A stretch of DNA of 64,000 nucleotides, taken from positions 27,939,195 to 28,003,194 of the forward strand of contig NC_068992.1 of the NCBI RefSeq assembly GCF_001194135.2, given 5' to 3'. The notes below the pieces were generated by a model, which was not told where the DNA came from, did not search any database, and was given only the letters and a program-made list of their open reading frames with translations. Source of the DNA: Octopus bimaculoides (lineage: Eukaryota). Position numbers and translations under genes: made by a program. Of this stretch, positions 37,450 to 50,900 are shown in pieces. Position 1 is the first letter of the stretch. Every line of letters starts with the position of its first letter.

Positions 37450-38960
37450 CGTTTGCCACTGTATTCTATTTTCATGCCAGGACATTGTAATTGAATCTGG
37501 TACTTGTAATCGTCCACAAGATAATTTCTATATCTTAGCCATATTGATCCTGGATCTTCTAAATCACAGTATTTAAGGAGAATGGCAAACAGTGTTCTTA
37601 AATTGCTTCCTGTGCAAGCCATAGAAGCCTCTCACATTGCTGCCATCCAATGACTATCATCCTGTAACAAACCTAACCTAAAAGCTGCTTCTCTATTCAA
37701 AGCACAAACATAACCATCAACAGTTTGAAGGTCAATAAAAGATGTGGACCACGAATTTCATGGAGAAGCAGATGTAAATAAAAACAATCCTGATGAGTTG
37801 GATGCACAGTAGAAACTCTTCCCCGAACATTGTCAAATCGGATATCAGGATAACTATCAACCTCAGTGCCTCTTTTTCTGTAATTTCATTGTCTGTTGTT
37901 CCATGTATAATATGATGGTAATTGATAGTACAGCAGGGTTTTAGCGAAAGAGACTTTCTGGCACAGTTTGAAAAATGTTAATATAGTTTGTTTTGGAGCT
38001 AGGGATTGCTGAGCAGCAGTTTCTGTAGTGAAATATATTTTTTGTCCATTTTCTAAATGAAGAGAGTTGTTTCACTGGAGGATATCGTTCATGAATAGGA
38101 AAGCCAAATATTCTCCAAAAAGCCTCACTGCTGCAAACACACCATCCCATTTAGAAGTGTGTCACTTCATCTTGAAATGTCTGTTGTTGAAAGGTGAACA
38201 TTGCAGCATTAGAACCCTTATTAACATATTTACAAATGTACTTAATTGACTTCATAGAATTACAATATTCAACATTTATGTGGGCACTGACTGTCTTAGA
38301 CAAAAGAGGGCAGTAAGGCACTATCCATTGATTACCAATTGTATGGGGACCAATTTTTATTTCAAAACCTCCATCATGTGGTGCCCTTCTGTATGATGGA
38401 TATCCATCACTACCAGCTTGCGTTTCTTCGATGAATTTTTAGGATAATGTTTCGTACACTTCTTGTCTTTCATGCAAAGTGCAGCTGGGTTGAGGTCACC
38501 ACATGAACCATGTTCAATTTTACAATTTCATAAAGTTCTTTGTCTTTTGTGGGGTTTGGAATTTCTGCTGAGATTATGAAATCAATCTCATCAGTTTGAA
38601 TTTTTTGCAAAAGCCAGATTAATATATGTGTGTGAGGTAGGCCTCTTTTTGCCATTCAATGGTATACATGCGGCAACGTCTTGGTCGAAATATGTAAGAC
38701 TTAGTTATGAATTCCATCAATTTCGAAATCTTGAGATGAAAAACTCTTGCAACTAGGTTGTGTCTGTTGATGTATAACTGTCCTGGAAAAAGTTCAGCTT
38801 GGATTTTGTTCCATTTGGGATTGCAAGTGATGAAAAGATCAAGACGTCCATAATTACGCATGTAAGTTATGGCACCCTGTGTCCTCTCATTCATATATCT
38901 TGGGCTTCCTGTAAAACTGGATGGGAGAATTCTGTGATAAATTTGTCCTTGCACTTATTT
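37450..38960 (-). mobile_element. Decayed autonomous Helitron Rep region
   Basis: ILPSSFTGSPRYM...DLFITCNPKW; EWQKRGLPHTHILIWL; SSEAFWRIFGFPIHERYP; GRVSTVHP..QDCFYLHLLLHEIRGP; LGLLQDD.HW; LRTLFAILLKYC; many frameshifts. Confidence 0.92.
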
Positions 38961-39094
38961 TTTCTGTAAAAACCTATCCTGACATTAAAACTTCTGGTAC
39001 GAATGTTTACATTTTGTACGTCTTTTTTCAACAAAACAATTTCTCAAAAAAATTCTGTAAATGATCTACTCATGTAATTTACGCACCCACTAAA

Positions 39095-39347
39095 GTTTAT
39101 TTTTACCTCCGCCAAGGAAGGAGGTTATGTTTTCATTGGCGTTGGTTTGTCCGTCTGTGTGCAAAATAACTCAAAAGTTATGAACGGTATTTGATGAAAC
39201 TTGCAGAAAAAGTTGGTAATGACACAAGGAACTGATGATGAAATTTTGGTCGTGATCCGGGAAATTTTATGGATTCTTGAAGAATTTTTCATTTGTTATA
39301 TTTACATTACATGAAGTATTACGTTAGGTTCCTTGATTATCTCCCTT
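39095..39347 (+). mobile_element. 5' part of a probable non-autonomous Helentron/HINE-like element, running into a gap
   Basis: ttttacctccgccaaggaaggaggttatgttttc...gtttgtccgtctgtgtgcaaaataactcaaaagttatgaacgg, resembling a remembered widespread metazoan non-autonomous element head; family assignment uncertain. Confidence 0.45.
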
Positions 39348-42268
39348 NNNNNNNNNNNNNNNNNNNNNNNNNNNNNNNNNNNNNNNNNNNNNNNNNNNNN
39401 NNNNNNNNNNNNNNNNNNNNNNNNNNNNNNNNNNNNNNNNNNNNNNNNNNNNNNNNNNNNNNNNNNNNNNNNNNNNNNNNNNNNNNNNNNNNNNNNNNNN
39501 NNNNNNNNNNNNNNNNNNNNNNNNNNNNNNNNNNNNNNNNNNNNNNNNNNNNNNNNNNNNNNNNNNNNNNNNNNNNNNNNNNNNNNNNNNNNNNNNNNNN
39601 NNNNNNNNNNNNNNNNNNNNNNNNNNNNNNNNNNNNNNNNNNNNNNNNNNNNNNNNNNNNNNNNNNNNNNNNNNNNNNNNNNNNNNNNNNNNNNNNNNNN
39701 NNNNNNNNNNNNNNNNNNNNNNNNNNNNNNNNNNNNNNNNNNNNNNNNNNNNNNNNNNNNNNNNNNNNNNNNNNNNNNNNNNNNNNNNNNNNNNNNNNNN
39801 NNNNNNNNNNNNNNNNNNNNNNNNNNNNNNNNNNNNNNNNNNNNNNNNNNNNNNNNNNNNNNNNNNNNNNNNNNNNNNNNNNNNNNNNNNNNNNNNNNNN
39901 NNNNNNNNNNNNNNNNNNNNNNNNNNNNNNNNNNNNNNNNNNNNNNNNNNNNNNNNNNNNNNNNNNNNNNNNNNNNNNNNNNNNNNNNNNNNNNNNNNNN
40001 NNNNNNNNNNNNNNNNNNNNNNNNNNNNNNNNNNNNNNNNNNNNNNNNNNNNNAAAAAAAAAAAAAAAAAAAGGTCAGTTTTTTTTTTCTGTTTGATTTA
40101 TACAATGTTTTTACACAGAATGTAGGGAGTGGAGACTGGGATTGTGACAGGCAAGTATGAATATACAAACGTAGATACAAACATGCACTTATGTATATAG
40201 AACAGAGCCATTTTCTTCAGAGGAAAGTCAAAAGATCAATCTCCCTCCCACTCTACAGAACAGATGGAAGAAGAGAGTATATAAGTTAAAGTAAAAATAT
40301 TAAAAAATTAGATCCAATGAATTAGCTAAAGGAAAATTAAAAATGGTGAAATGAAGAAATTGTGTAATGATACCATTGTCCCAAAGACATGGAGATGGGG
40401 TGGTGGGTCTGGAAGAGAGGAAACAAACAATGTAAGATCATTTCATTCCTCAGTATCTGGGTTCTTTCCTCATAGATGTCAAGAAATGTAAAAATTAAGC
40501 ATATGAGATTTTTGTGCAGTATAGGAGTATTTCACTAGATAAAAAGGAAGTAGTGACTCTTAGATTCTTTTTCAGTTTACCGTTCCTTTTGACTTTAAAG
40601 AAACACTGTGGTGGTAATTAATGCTGCTTACCTTTTAAAAATTTCCAGAAAAGTTTTAAAATACTAACAAAGAAAGAAAGAAAAAAAAAACCCATATCCT
40701 CTTCACTCTCTTAATCTGTGTCCTTGTTACCTCCCCTCTGAAATAGTGGTGCCAACACCACCTACAACACACTCAGTATTTAAGATACATTATCATTTTT
40801 TTGTTTTTTAAACACCATGTCAGTTTAGTTTTAGGGGTTTACTTAATAATTCATCACAAAGTGAAAAAGGGTCAATTTATTAATGCAGAATGTAAAGAAG
40901 ACGTTAATAATGAGAGTTTGATTCACTGCCACCTTAGATCAGTAGGATGAACAAGTCTTGCTCAGCTGTTCCATTACCTGCATGTTTTCTATGACTAGAT
41001 GCCATTCCTAATACTTACTTGACAGAGTATCCTGGGTGCATTTTATACAAGATGGAACTAGCACTAGAGAGAGAGTGTCAGGTATTCTCTAACCTACATT
41101 GTCTTACTTTGAGCTGATTAACTAATTCTAGATTGATTACAAAGGATTAAGATTCCATCCAGTTTCTCATCCATTCATTCACTCCTACCCACCTGTTTCC
41201 AACAACATACATTGTGCATGGATGATAGACTTGGCAGTGAACTGAACAATGAGCCTAGAAGTCAGTTTCAAGTCACTAGCTTTACTCAGTACTACATTGT
41301 ATCTAGGTTGAATACATCCACCTTTCAAATGATCCAGTCATTCTGTCAGTGGTGATACAATCCTGAAAGCACCACTCTTTGGGGGTCAATGTGAGGATTG
41401 GAGCAACGAACGGACAGAATATTTTAATTAGACAGGATGTAATATTTGGTTTCAAATTTTGGCACATGGCCAGCAATTTGGGGAGGGGGAACTTGATTGC
41501 ATCAACCCCAGTGTTCAACTGGTACTTTATTGACCATGATAAGATAAAAGGCCAAGTTGACCTTGGTGAAATTTGAACTCAGAACATAAAGACGGACAAA
41601 ATGCTGCTAAGCAATTTGCCTGACTTGCTAATGATTCTACCAACCCACCGCCTTTAAGACAGGATGTAATATTGCTTCCATTTTGCACCAGGCTGAAGAT
41701 GGAGCTCTGAGGATTCTCAACAAGCAGACATTGAGTAGAGCACCCAGACAATCCTGAAGAGTGATCATAAAAAAAAAAAAGATAGGTTGGCAGAAAGAGT
41801 AAAGTACAAGATTAAATGCCCTATTGTGTTTAGTTTCATCTCTTTCTTCAGTCTTGGTTCAAACTTTAATAAAGGTCAACCAGTATTGACAAATACCAGT
41901 AATAAGCTGAGGTTGATTCGGTCAACTAAGGTCCTTCCCTGCAGAAACTAGTCCTCTGTCACTGAATGCTTTGGAATCTATCATGCATTATGCCCTCAGT
42001 CAATAACCTTTGAGATGCAAGATCAATTTACCTAGCTGTCACAATTTACCATATTTAGGTACATATACAGACGTCTTTATTATAATAGGCTCTGAAAAAT
42101 CTTAAAATCTATTACATACATACATAGACACATGCAAACATTTGTGTATAATAAATTAGAATTTTTCAAAAACTATTGGAATATAGGCTGAAATGGTAAG
42201 CTTGTTGTTAGGCTTCTATGAATAAGCACTCCAACTTCACAACTGTGAACTTCATATATATATATATA

Positions 42269-42302
<34 letters not shown>

Positions 42303-44113
42303 TGCACCTATGAACTGCCACTATGAAATAAACTTGTAAGTTCAGTTTTACAGACACAGAATATGCAAATTTGCTTCCATTTCTAAATCCCATCCCCATA
42401 CAGACATATACCTAAAAAACGATTTTGTAATTTTTTAATAAAATGATTCCTTAAATAAGAGATAACCACTTGAATTTAAGATTTATAAAGGGTGGGTGGG
42501 GGTAGAGGTATCTCTGTTAGTATGGGTCACTTTCAGAAATGATGTGGGAGTATGTTTTGGGAATTTTTAGATATTTTGTCAACTTGACTCAATTCAAATG
42601 AAAGCTTTAAGGATTATTGCAGTTAATAAAGTTGCTAAATAAATTATCCACAAACAGTTTTTATCACAAGTGGCCAGTTTCAGCTATCACAATGAAGTAT
42701 TAAATGCAAGTCAGTCATATATTGACACATCGGGACTTAAAGAAAACTTTGCTGCCATCAGAATCAGGGTTAAAGATGATGCTATTAAAAGATTAGCTTT
42801 TTCATTTGTTATTCCTTTGCCTCATGCCAAGAAGCACAGGGTGGATATAAGCTTCCTGCAATTTAACCATCAACAACAATCAGGTACAGCTTTCTGGAAG
42901 TGGCAGTTGTAATCATCTTTATAGTGAGATACAAACGTTTGACTGCTGAACGTACAAATAATTACTTTCACTTGCTCAATTTACTTTGCATTTAACTGTT
43001 GATGAACTTCTCTTGAGATACGTTTCAGGAGGATATTGTTCACAAAGGAATGGACGAATGATTGTGTGTGTGTGTATGCACTCATGTACAAATTTATGCC
43101 TGCATGAAATAGAGAAAGAGTGAAAAATGTTGGAAGGTGGGTGAATATGATTAACAGATAAGAAATCCAATGGCTGAGGCAGCAGTGAACAAGAAGAAAG
43201 AAAAAAAATGGATTCAACAAAATCTCAATATGGACCAATTCTTTTATGCTGTTGGCTAGAAAGAAACTCCGTCAGATAACAGGGTTTTTTTTGTTTTGTT
43301 TTCTTTTTAAAGTACAATGTGATACTAACCCCCAATTGTGATATGTTCAAAGTACCTACAGCAATGCCTAGAACACAATATTCACTTCTACCTGCAGCTC
43401 ATTTGTAGGGAATAAATGTTTGTCGGTCGTATTTGATGTCTCGCTATTTGTTTTTGTTGTTATCATGGTGAAGGACGGAGTTAGAAATGGAAAGTGAACT
43501 TACAATTCCCGCCAATTAGAATGAGGTCATTGGTAACCATAGGTACATATATATGTGTGTATTTACGTATGATTGGTAGTGTGTCTGTTTATTTGACTCT
43601 CACTCTTTTTCCTTTGTTTCTTTGTCTTTTTTCTTGGATTGTTCGTAAACGTTTATAAGAGAAAGTAGCAACTGAAACGATTTGTAATAGGAGTAGGAAG
43701 AGTAAATTAGATTGTTTTAGAGGGGAAAATGATTTTGTATGTAGTTTTATGGATTTTATTCGTAATTGGGAGTTATTTTGATGGAAAAAATGACGCTGTG
43801 ACCTAAGTTATGGTATTTAGAATATTAATTCCAATACTTTCATCCAAGAAATTTGGAATAGTGTAAATGTATGAATTTTAAACATATACACACACAGAGA
43901 AAATCTGCCTTTTATAGATAAGATTATCCAGGTCTGGAATCATAAAATTACTGTTTTCAAAAAACTGTCTTACATAATAAAAACATCTTTGCTAGACAGA
44001 AACGTAGTTTTTCTTTCAATTTCAATTAATGATGTTCAAGTATGAATGGCAAAGTCAATAAAAGTAGACGACAACTGTTAGGTTGTCATTTCATTCACTA
44101 CCATTGTAATACA

Positions 44114-44146
<33 letters not shown>

Positions 44147-45283
44147 GCAGTCGATATTATTTGTTAGAGTTCATTCAGTGGTAAACATGCATTACAAAGT
44201 AAAACCAACCCCACTATTGTTGTTTACCTCCAGGTCAGATCTGATCAAGCAGACTGATGATCAAATGCATTTCATCTGACCAATCTTGTCCTTTCATATA
44301 TCCAGGAGTATACTGTTTAGTGTGTACTCTTTTTCAAGATACAGTACTGTGATTTAAGGGAGATTTATCTGATATTTCTAGCAAGTGACAACAGTACTGC
44401 AAGGTGGTTCATTAGTTCTTGTGGTTACCTAAAGCAGAGAGATTAGCACAGCCAAACAGACTTGTCCTTGCTACAGGAATCTATGAAGATGATTCAATGA
44501 TTTATCAGACTCACCATGACACCCAATGGTTGTGAGGGTAAGGTGCTTTATTACTGGCCATAAGGACACAAGTTCAAATCATGGTACAAGCCAGTGTTGT
44601 GCCCCCACTGTTAATAAAAGATATGATGACATGTACCACGCTTAAGTAAAATTTTGGTTATTTAAAAAAATAAATAAAATAAATGCATAAGTTGCACCCG
44701 CCCTCACTCCATCTGGGATTGAAACATTGGAGGTGAGAACTGAATCCTCTGAACTGGACACCATAAAACTACCTTCATTAGCAGTGCCATTTTCAATTAT
44801 TTGAAATATTATGAATAATGTAATTATGGAGACACTAACCCCCAGAATTAACTTTCAAGGAAGAAGAGAAATGGAAATGTCTTTTAGAAAAACAGGACAA
44901 CCAACAGATGAAAGGATTACTATGGAAAAGCCAATAGACTTGGTATTTTCCTAACTATATTATATTCCCACCACACATACATACACACACACACAAATAA
45001 ATAAACTGGTTTCAAATTTTGACACAAGGGCAGCAATTTGGGTGGGAGGAAGTAAATCAATTACATCGACTCCAATTGCTGAATAGGTGTTTATTTTATC
45101 GACCCTGAAGGGATGAAAGGCGAAGTCAACCTTGGTGGCATTTGAACTCAGAATATAAAGACAGACATTTTGCCTGACATGCTAATGGTTCTGCCAGCTC
45201 ACTGCCTTACACACACATTTAAATAAATTAACAAAGATTTTTGTTTTTTTTTCTCATAAAACAATATTGAACAGTTATTGTTC

Positions 45284-45628
45284 TTGGCACTCCGTCAAGG
45301 GTTCCAGTTGATCCGATCAACGGAACAGCCTGCTCGTGAAATTAACATGTAAGTGGCTGAGCACTCCACAGACACGTGTACCCTTAACGTAGTTCTCAGG
45401 GATATTCAGCGTGACACTGTAACAAGGCTGACCCTTTGAATTACAGGCACAGCAGAAACAGGTGAGAAAGTTGTGGTGGAAGAGTACAGCAGGGTTCACC
45501 ACCATCCCTTGCCGGAGCCTCGTGGAGCTTTAGGTATTTTCGCTCAATAAACTCATAATGCCCGGTCTGGGAATCAAAACCGCGATCCTATGACTGCAAA
45601 TTCCGCTGCCCTAACCACTGGGCCTCCA
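45284..45628 (-). mobile_element. Second copy of the same tRNA-derived SINE
   Basis: Reverse complement of 18161-18510; 12 bp TSD attgaacagtta (45266-45277 / 45630-45641). Confidence 0.85.
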
Positions 45629-47184
45629 CATTGAACAGTTAACAGTATTTGTAAACAATAATTTGAGAGTAAGGAAAAGTTAAAGCTGCTACCTACTACA
45701 TCCCTAATACATCAGATAAGCATATGCAGCTTAATTTGATTAAAGAGAAAAGGTGTAATTTGATGGTGCCAAGGTTGGTATATTTTGAGTAAGCAAGAGA
45801 TATATGGTTAAATCTCTATATTTTGCTTCATTATTACTTTTGCTCTTGGAGAGTTTACAAGTGCAGAAACAGACAGAAATATCCACACACACACAGGTCA
45901 TCTCATTCTCTATTGTACAACAGTAGGGAATGCAATACAATTAGAAAAACTACCAAAATCAATGACCTTGGTAATGTCTAACACTACATGTAAGCTGAAA
46001 GATAAAATGTATGGGGTGTGTATATATAATATTTACTTATTTGTGGGTTAACAAGACTACCATTGGTTTCATGCAGAGAGAAATCTCTCAACAATTATAA
46101 AGCCTTCCACATGGAATGTTGGAAAAATTGATAATTGTTGAAAGATTTCTCTCGGCATGAAACTGATGGTATATTTGATTACCCACAAATTAAGAATATT
46201 TATCCAGCTACGTGGACACATACATACACTTATGTGTCTATGTGTATAAACTATATTTGTTGTAATTATGAAACAGAGGTGCTCCAGTCTTTTGTGGTAA
46301 AAATGATATGAAATATTGTAGACAGGTGGAAGATGAAAAACAATGCAAAGAAAACAAAACAGCGAAGACACAGGTGATATGGAGTATGGCTGGAAATTAA
46401 GATGTTCTGGAAGTTTCTAGCCCAATTCACTGTCGTTATGTTTAGGAATAGATTATTAATTTGTGAGCAGTACAACAAAACCACCCCAAAATGACATGAA
46501 GGGATTTCCCATATATATATAATGCATAAAATTTAATGTCTACACACATTTGCACATGCTTGTTCATATACACACACGATTTTCGGTTTGCATGTCTATG
46601 CACAGAGAATAGTTTCTACATTCATATACACAAGAATGTATATTTGTGTACACTTGCATGATAATACATACATAAATGGTATGTGTGTGTATAAGAGTGT
46701 GTTTATGCATAAACATAAAAGTAGATGTATATGAGTATATCGTTAGTAGATATAATGTGCAACTGAAAAACAGCTGATATATTAAAACATATATTTGTCC
46801 TCTACATATACACTTTGTACACACATACACTTATACAGACACATGTATGCATACACACATTATTTTGACAAAAAGTGATGTAAATTGATAAATATATGCA
46901 TGTATGTATATGCACAAAGGTGTACATTCATTATTCAATGCATATATCTATATATGTATGTATATGTGTGTACACATGCATGTGCATATATGTTTGTGAA
47001 AATAAAACCATACACATTCATTCGAGCATTCAATTGTTTGCATATTTCAAATTCATTTCCTCTGCATTTTCTCTCTGTCTCTCTCTCTCTCTATTTTTTT
47101 TTTATGCTTATTTGCAGTTACACCTTTCCTTACAACACCTGTTTGTAAAGATTAAAAACAAATTGTGGTACCTTCTAACAACAC

Positions 47185-48252
47185 TCACACAATTAAATCA
47201 GTGAGATGGTTTCGGCAAGAACAGACTGCCCGAAGCACTTCTTCCAAAGTCACATAAATTTCATGGCGCCAATTAGGTTGAAGATAATGATCGTTAATTT
47301 TTGAGAGTGCAGGTGCCCCATTTGACAATACATAGTGCAAACACGGCAGATTTAATCTGTTGAATGTTTTTAAGGGTCCATGTAAAATGTGACGTGCGAT
47401 ACGAATGCCTTTCAAATGAGGCATATCCACATGATTTAGATAAAGTCCATGACTTTCAGAAATGTCCAAATTTTCTAGTGAATCAGATTTTAGTGTGTAT
47501 GGAATCAGTCCATCCCCACTTGGTAACCACACTTCTAAGAGCAACTGTTTCAAAGATGGAAGCTCTGAGAGAACGAGATCCAAGTGGCTCTGCATTAGAG
47601 ATTGACTACAGACAACTCGTTTCAAGACTAGTGACTGAAGGCTCTTGAGCCGAGTTAAGCTTTGTATTGTCTTTTGGTTCCAATCAAATGGCAGAATTAA
47701 AGTGGTGAGAGATGGTACAATTGTTGTGAAATACTCAAAGAAATGTGTGAACCGTCGTAGATGCAGTTTGTAGCTGTACACGGCATCTTGATCTGGCTGG
47801 TGACCAGGATCAAGCCATCGGTCTCGTGAGTCCTTCCAGTTCACACGGACATAACGCAAGTGCTTACAGAGTGATGGAATTAGTCCACGCTGGATATTGT
47901 CTAGGTAGTTGTTACTGTTATTGTTTATGTCTCCGATATCAAAATAAAAATCTAAACGACGTATGGTAGGCTGTATTCGGTTGAGATAGATGAAGAAGTC
48001 ATTAACTCTCTTGCAATAACATTCATGGCACTCTTTGCCATCCACTGAATGATTTGCAGATGGAAGACACCCGAATCCTAAGTCTGATGAAAGATCAATT
48101 GTGTCCCAAACAGACGAAGACATGAGATCTCGCCAATTAGTACACACCTGTGCTGAGTGGCCTTTATCCACAGCATTCAGGTAAGAGAAGATCTTTTGCT
48201 TGCAAAGGTCAGGTAACATTTCAAATGGGAAGTATTGCCTAGCTTCTTCCAT
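47185..48252 (-). CDS. F-box protein with LRR-like region (FBXL-like), 355 aa, single coding exon
   Basis: Uninterrupted ORF; aaaATGg start; F-box FPFEMLPDLCKQKIFSYL...AQVCTNWRDL...VWDTIDL; later L..L.L repeats (PSLTTLILP, KSLQSLVL, PSLKQLLL, LENLDIS); the track's upstream GTG start was not used. Confidence 0.9.
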   Translation of the reverse strand: MEEARQYFPFEMLPDLCKQKIFSYLNAVDKGHSAQVCTNWRDLMSSSVWDTIDLSSDLGFGCLPSANHSVDGKECHECYCKRVNDFFIYLNRIQPTIRRLDFYFDIGDINNNSNNYLDNIQRGLIPSLCKHLRYVRVNWKDSRDRWLDPGHQPDQDAVYSYKLHLRRFTHFFEYFTTIVPSLTTLILPFDWNQKTIQSLTRLKSLQSLVLKRVVCSQSLMQSHLDLVLSELPSLKQLLLEVWLPSGDGLIPYTLKSDSLENLDISESHGLYLNHVDMPHLKGIRIARHILHGPLKTFNRLNLPCLHYVLSNGAPALSKINDHYLQPNWRHEIYVTLEEVLRAVCSCRNHLTDLIV

Positions 48253-48677
48253 TTTGGACTTAACTGAACTAATAGAGAGAAATTGAGAATAGAACACAAC
48301 TTGAAGAAATCTATCCACAGAATCTGCTCAGTTCACTGTTAATTAGAACCAGATTTCTCTCTCAATAGGTGTCTTCATAGGTGTTTTCTTCTTATCTATG
48401 ATGCAAGCTTCACTGTGTCCATCACCAATTTCAGCTTTGATTTCTGAAAATGTAAAAAAGAATAAAATAAATAAACAGAAAACAACACAGAAACTCAAAA
48501 GAGTTTAACAAATTGAAACTTTTATCAATAAACAAATAAGAGAGCAATTTTCTTGTTGGAAAGCACACCTACCTATCATAGTTTAACTTCCCTAACTAGA
48601 CAAGACATTTAGTATCTTTCCATAAAAATTGATAAGAATTTGGTTAAGAAGCTTGCTCAAAGCCTATCAAGGTTTAA

Positions 48678-48899
48678 CCCTTCAGCATTTAAGCCGGCCA
48701 TATCTAGCCCAAATATTCTACCTGTTTTATGTTCAAACTGGCCAGGTCTTGCCTCTCATACACCTACCCTGCTGTATCATTTTGAAAATATACAATCATA
48801 TCTCTGAAATTTAAAGGCTACAAGATGATAATTGATTAGTTGAAAGCAATGTGAATAAATGAACATTGTATTTGACAGAGTAATGTGAATGCTAAAGGG
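48678..48899. mobile_element. piggyBac-type MITE, 222 bp
   Basis: TTAA|CCCTTCAGCATT...GCTAAAGGG|TTAA; opposite orientation to the 62027 copy. Confidence 0.8.
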
Positions 48900-50900
48900 T
48901 TAAATGAAATTAAGGGTCTAGATGTCTAAGACGATCCAAAATAATATGATATAATGGTGACTGGTTATGGAGCAATAACTGTAACCATGGTAACAGAAGT
49001 TAATATCCAAAGCTTTGAAATGTAAACCCCCATTGTCATTGTGAATATTACACTTAGAGATAGAGAAGAGGCTGCATGTCTACAAGAATAGAAGCCCAAA
49101 TGTGTAGCTATGTATATATAGATGCACACACACATACGTATATATACATACACACACACACATATATATATATATATGGATGCTTTCACTCTGTGGGGTG
49201 GTTGGCTAAGGAAGGGCATTCAGCTGTAAAAACTCTGCCAAAATAAAGTTTGGTGCAGTCTTCTACCCAGCCAGCTCCTGTCAAACCATCCAACCCATGC
49301 CAGCATGGAAAGCCGACATTAAATGAAGAGAATTCAATAGAAGCACACAACAATGAATGCAAACAGCGAACATAGTTCAGTGACTCAGAGGCTTGCTTCA
49401 GAATTACAAGTTACCGAGTTCAATCTTACTGCTTGGTCTATTGGCAATTATTTTCAGGTTAATTCAAGCATTCTGAGTGAAACTGGGTCAAATGAACTGT
49501 GTCCCTTATTTAAAGAGTTATTCTTGTCACAGTACCACACTGATTAATTTTCAGGCACAATTGTGGCTGTGTGGTAAGAAGTTTGCTTCACAACCACATG
49601 GTTCTGGGTTCGGTGCAACTGTGCAGCATCTTGGGCAAGTTGTCTTCTATATAGCCTTGGTCTGACTAAAGCCTTCTGACTTTGATAGATGGAAACTAAA
49701 AGAAACCTATTTATACATATATGTGTGTATGTATCTTTGTGTCTGTGTTTGTCCCCACCACCACCACCACCACTTGGCAACTGGTGTTGGTGTCGTTATG
49801 TCACCTACAACTTAGCAGTTCAGCAAATGAGACCGACTGAATAAGTACTAGGCTTAGAAAATAAGTACCGGGGTCAATTTGTTCTACTAAAATTCTTCAA
49901 GGTCACAGTCTAATGATTGAAACAAATAAAAAATGTGTCTAACATTTAGACACCGTATAACACATTATCTACATTTGACGGATATTTGTCCTCATCTTGT
50001 TTGTTGTTAACATGTACAATTATGTCATTTAGTTGGTTTCTTTATACATTTTTGTGGTCTTTTATATAAAAGGAGCCTCTATAATTTTACTGATGAATAT
50101 TGCAGGTGTTTAAAGTTCTAAACCCATACATATATGCAAGCATGTATGTATTTAAGTACAAACAACAGCTTGAGCTGGAAATTTCAGTCTGTGCACATGT
50201 GCATGTATGCACATGTATGCACATGTATGCACACACACACACAAATGAGTCATCAGCACAGACAGTTTCCAAAATATTTGGTCTGTGTCAGATTGTTCCA
50301 CATCTGCTGCTAAAAATGGTTCTTAATTTTATTGAACCTGTTTGTCCAACTGCTGGTGTCATGGTGCAAAAAAAAAAAAAAAAAAAAAACTTTTAAAATG
50401 CTGGAATATGAAGCCATTGTAAGCGAGGGGTGTTGGCAGTCTCAGTAGTTAACCAACAGGGAAGAGTGAATGCGAAGTGGTTAAATAACTAAAGAATTTG
50501 ACGTCTGAAAGTCGTGTTTGAAGATAAAGTTTAGTCTCTAGTCAACCATGACAGACATCTTTCATAAACGATATTCTGGCCATGACCATCCCACTCTTTT
50601 AGGGAACTTGTAGTTCAATTACATTATCCACTGTGTCGTTTCTTTATTTTTAAGATCGCATGGTATGAGTCTAAGGCGATTTAACAGCTATTTCTAGCAT
50701 GTCGAGCAACCACGTAGTGGCTACCTCTGGTGCAGGTCTTGCTGCGTTGTTTCTGGGCAGGACAATTCATTGTATTTAATTCACTAAACATACTGTCGGG
50801 AATAGACAAGGTTTTTGGGGGGAGGAGGGAGTTACCTGAAATGAAAAGCTATTTGGGACTGATGAAAAAAACTTGTGAAACAAATAAATTATGCCATCAA

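Noticed and set aside
37785-37825. CTGATGA...GAAA spacing suggestive of another hammerhead (also 50862-50890 and 35415-35445)
   Set aside because: No stem II pairing and no stem I/III complementarity.
42840-43060. Possible minus-strand exons (LLKRISREVHQQLNAK / EAYIHPVLLGMRQRNNK*)
   Set aside because: Weak polypyrimidine tracts, no recognisable domain, no further exons found.
48253-48318. Extension of the F-box ORF to the track's start at 48318
   Set aside because: That start is GTG; the first ATG in good context is 48252, directly before the F-box.
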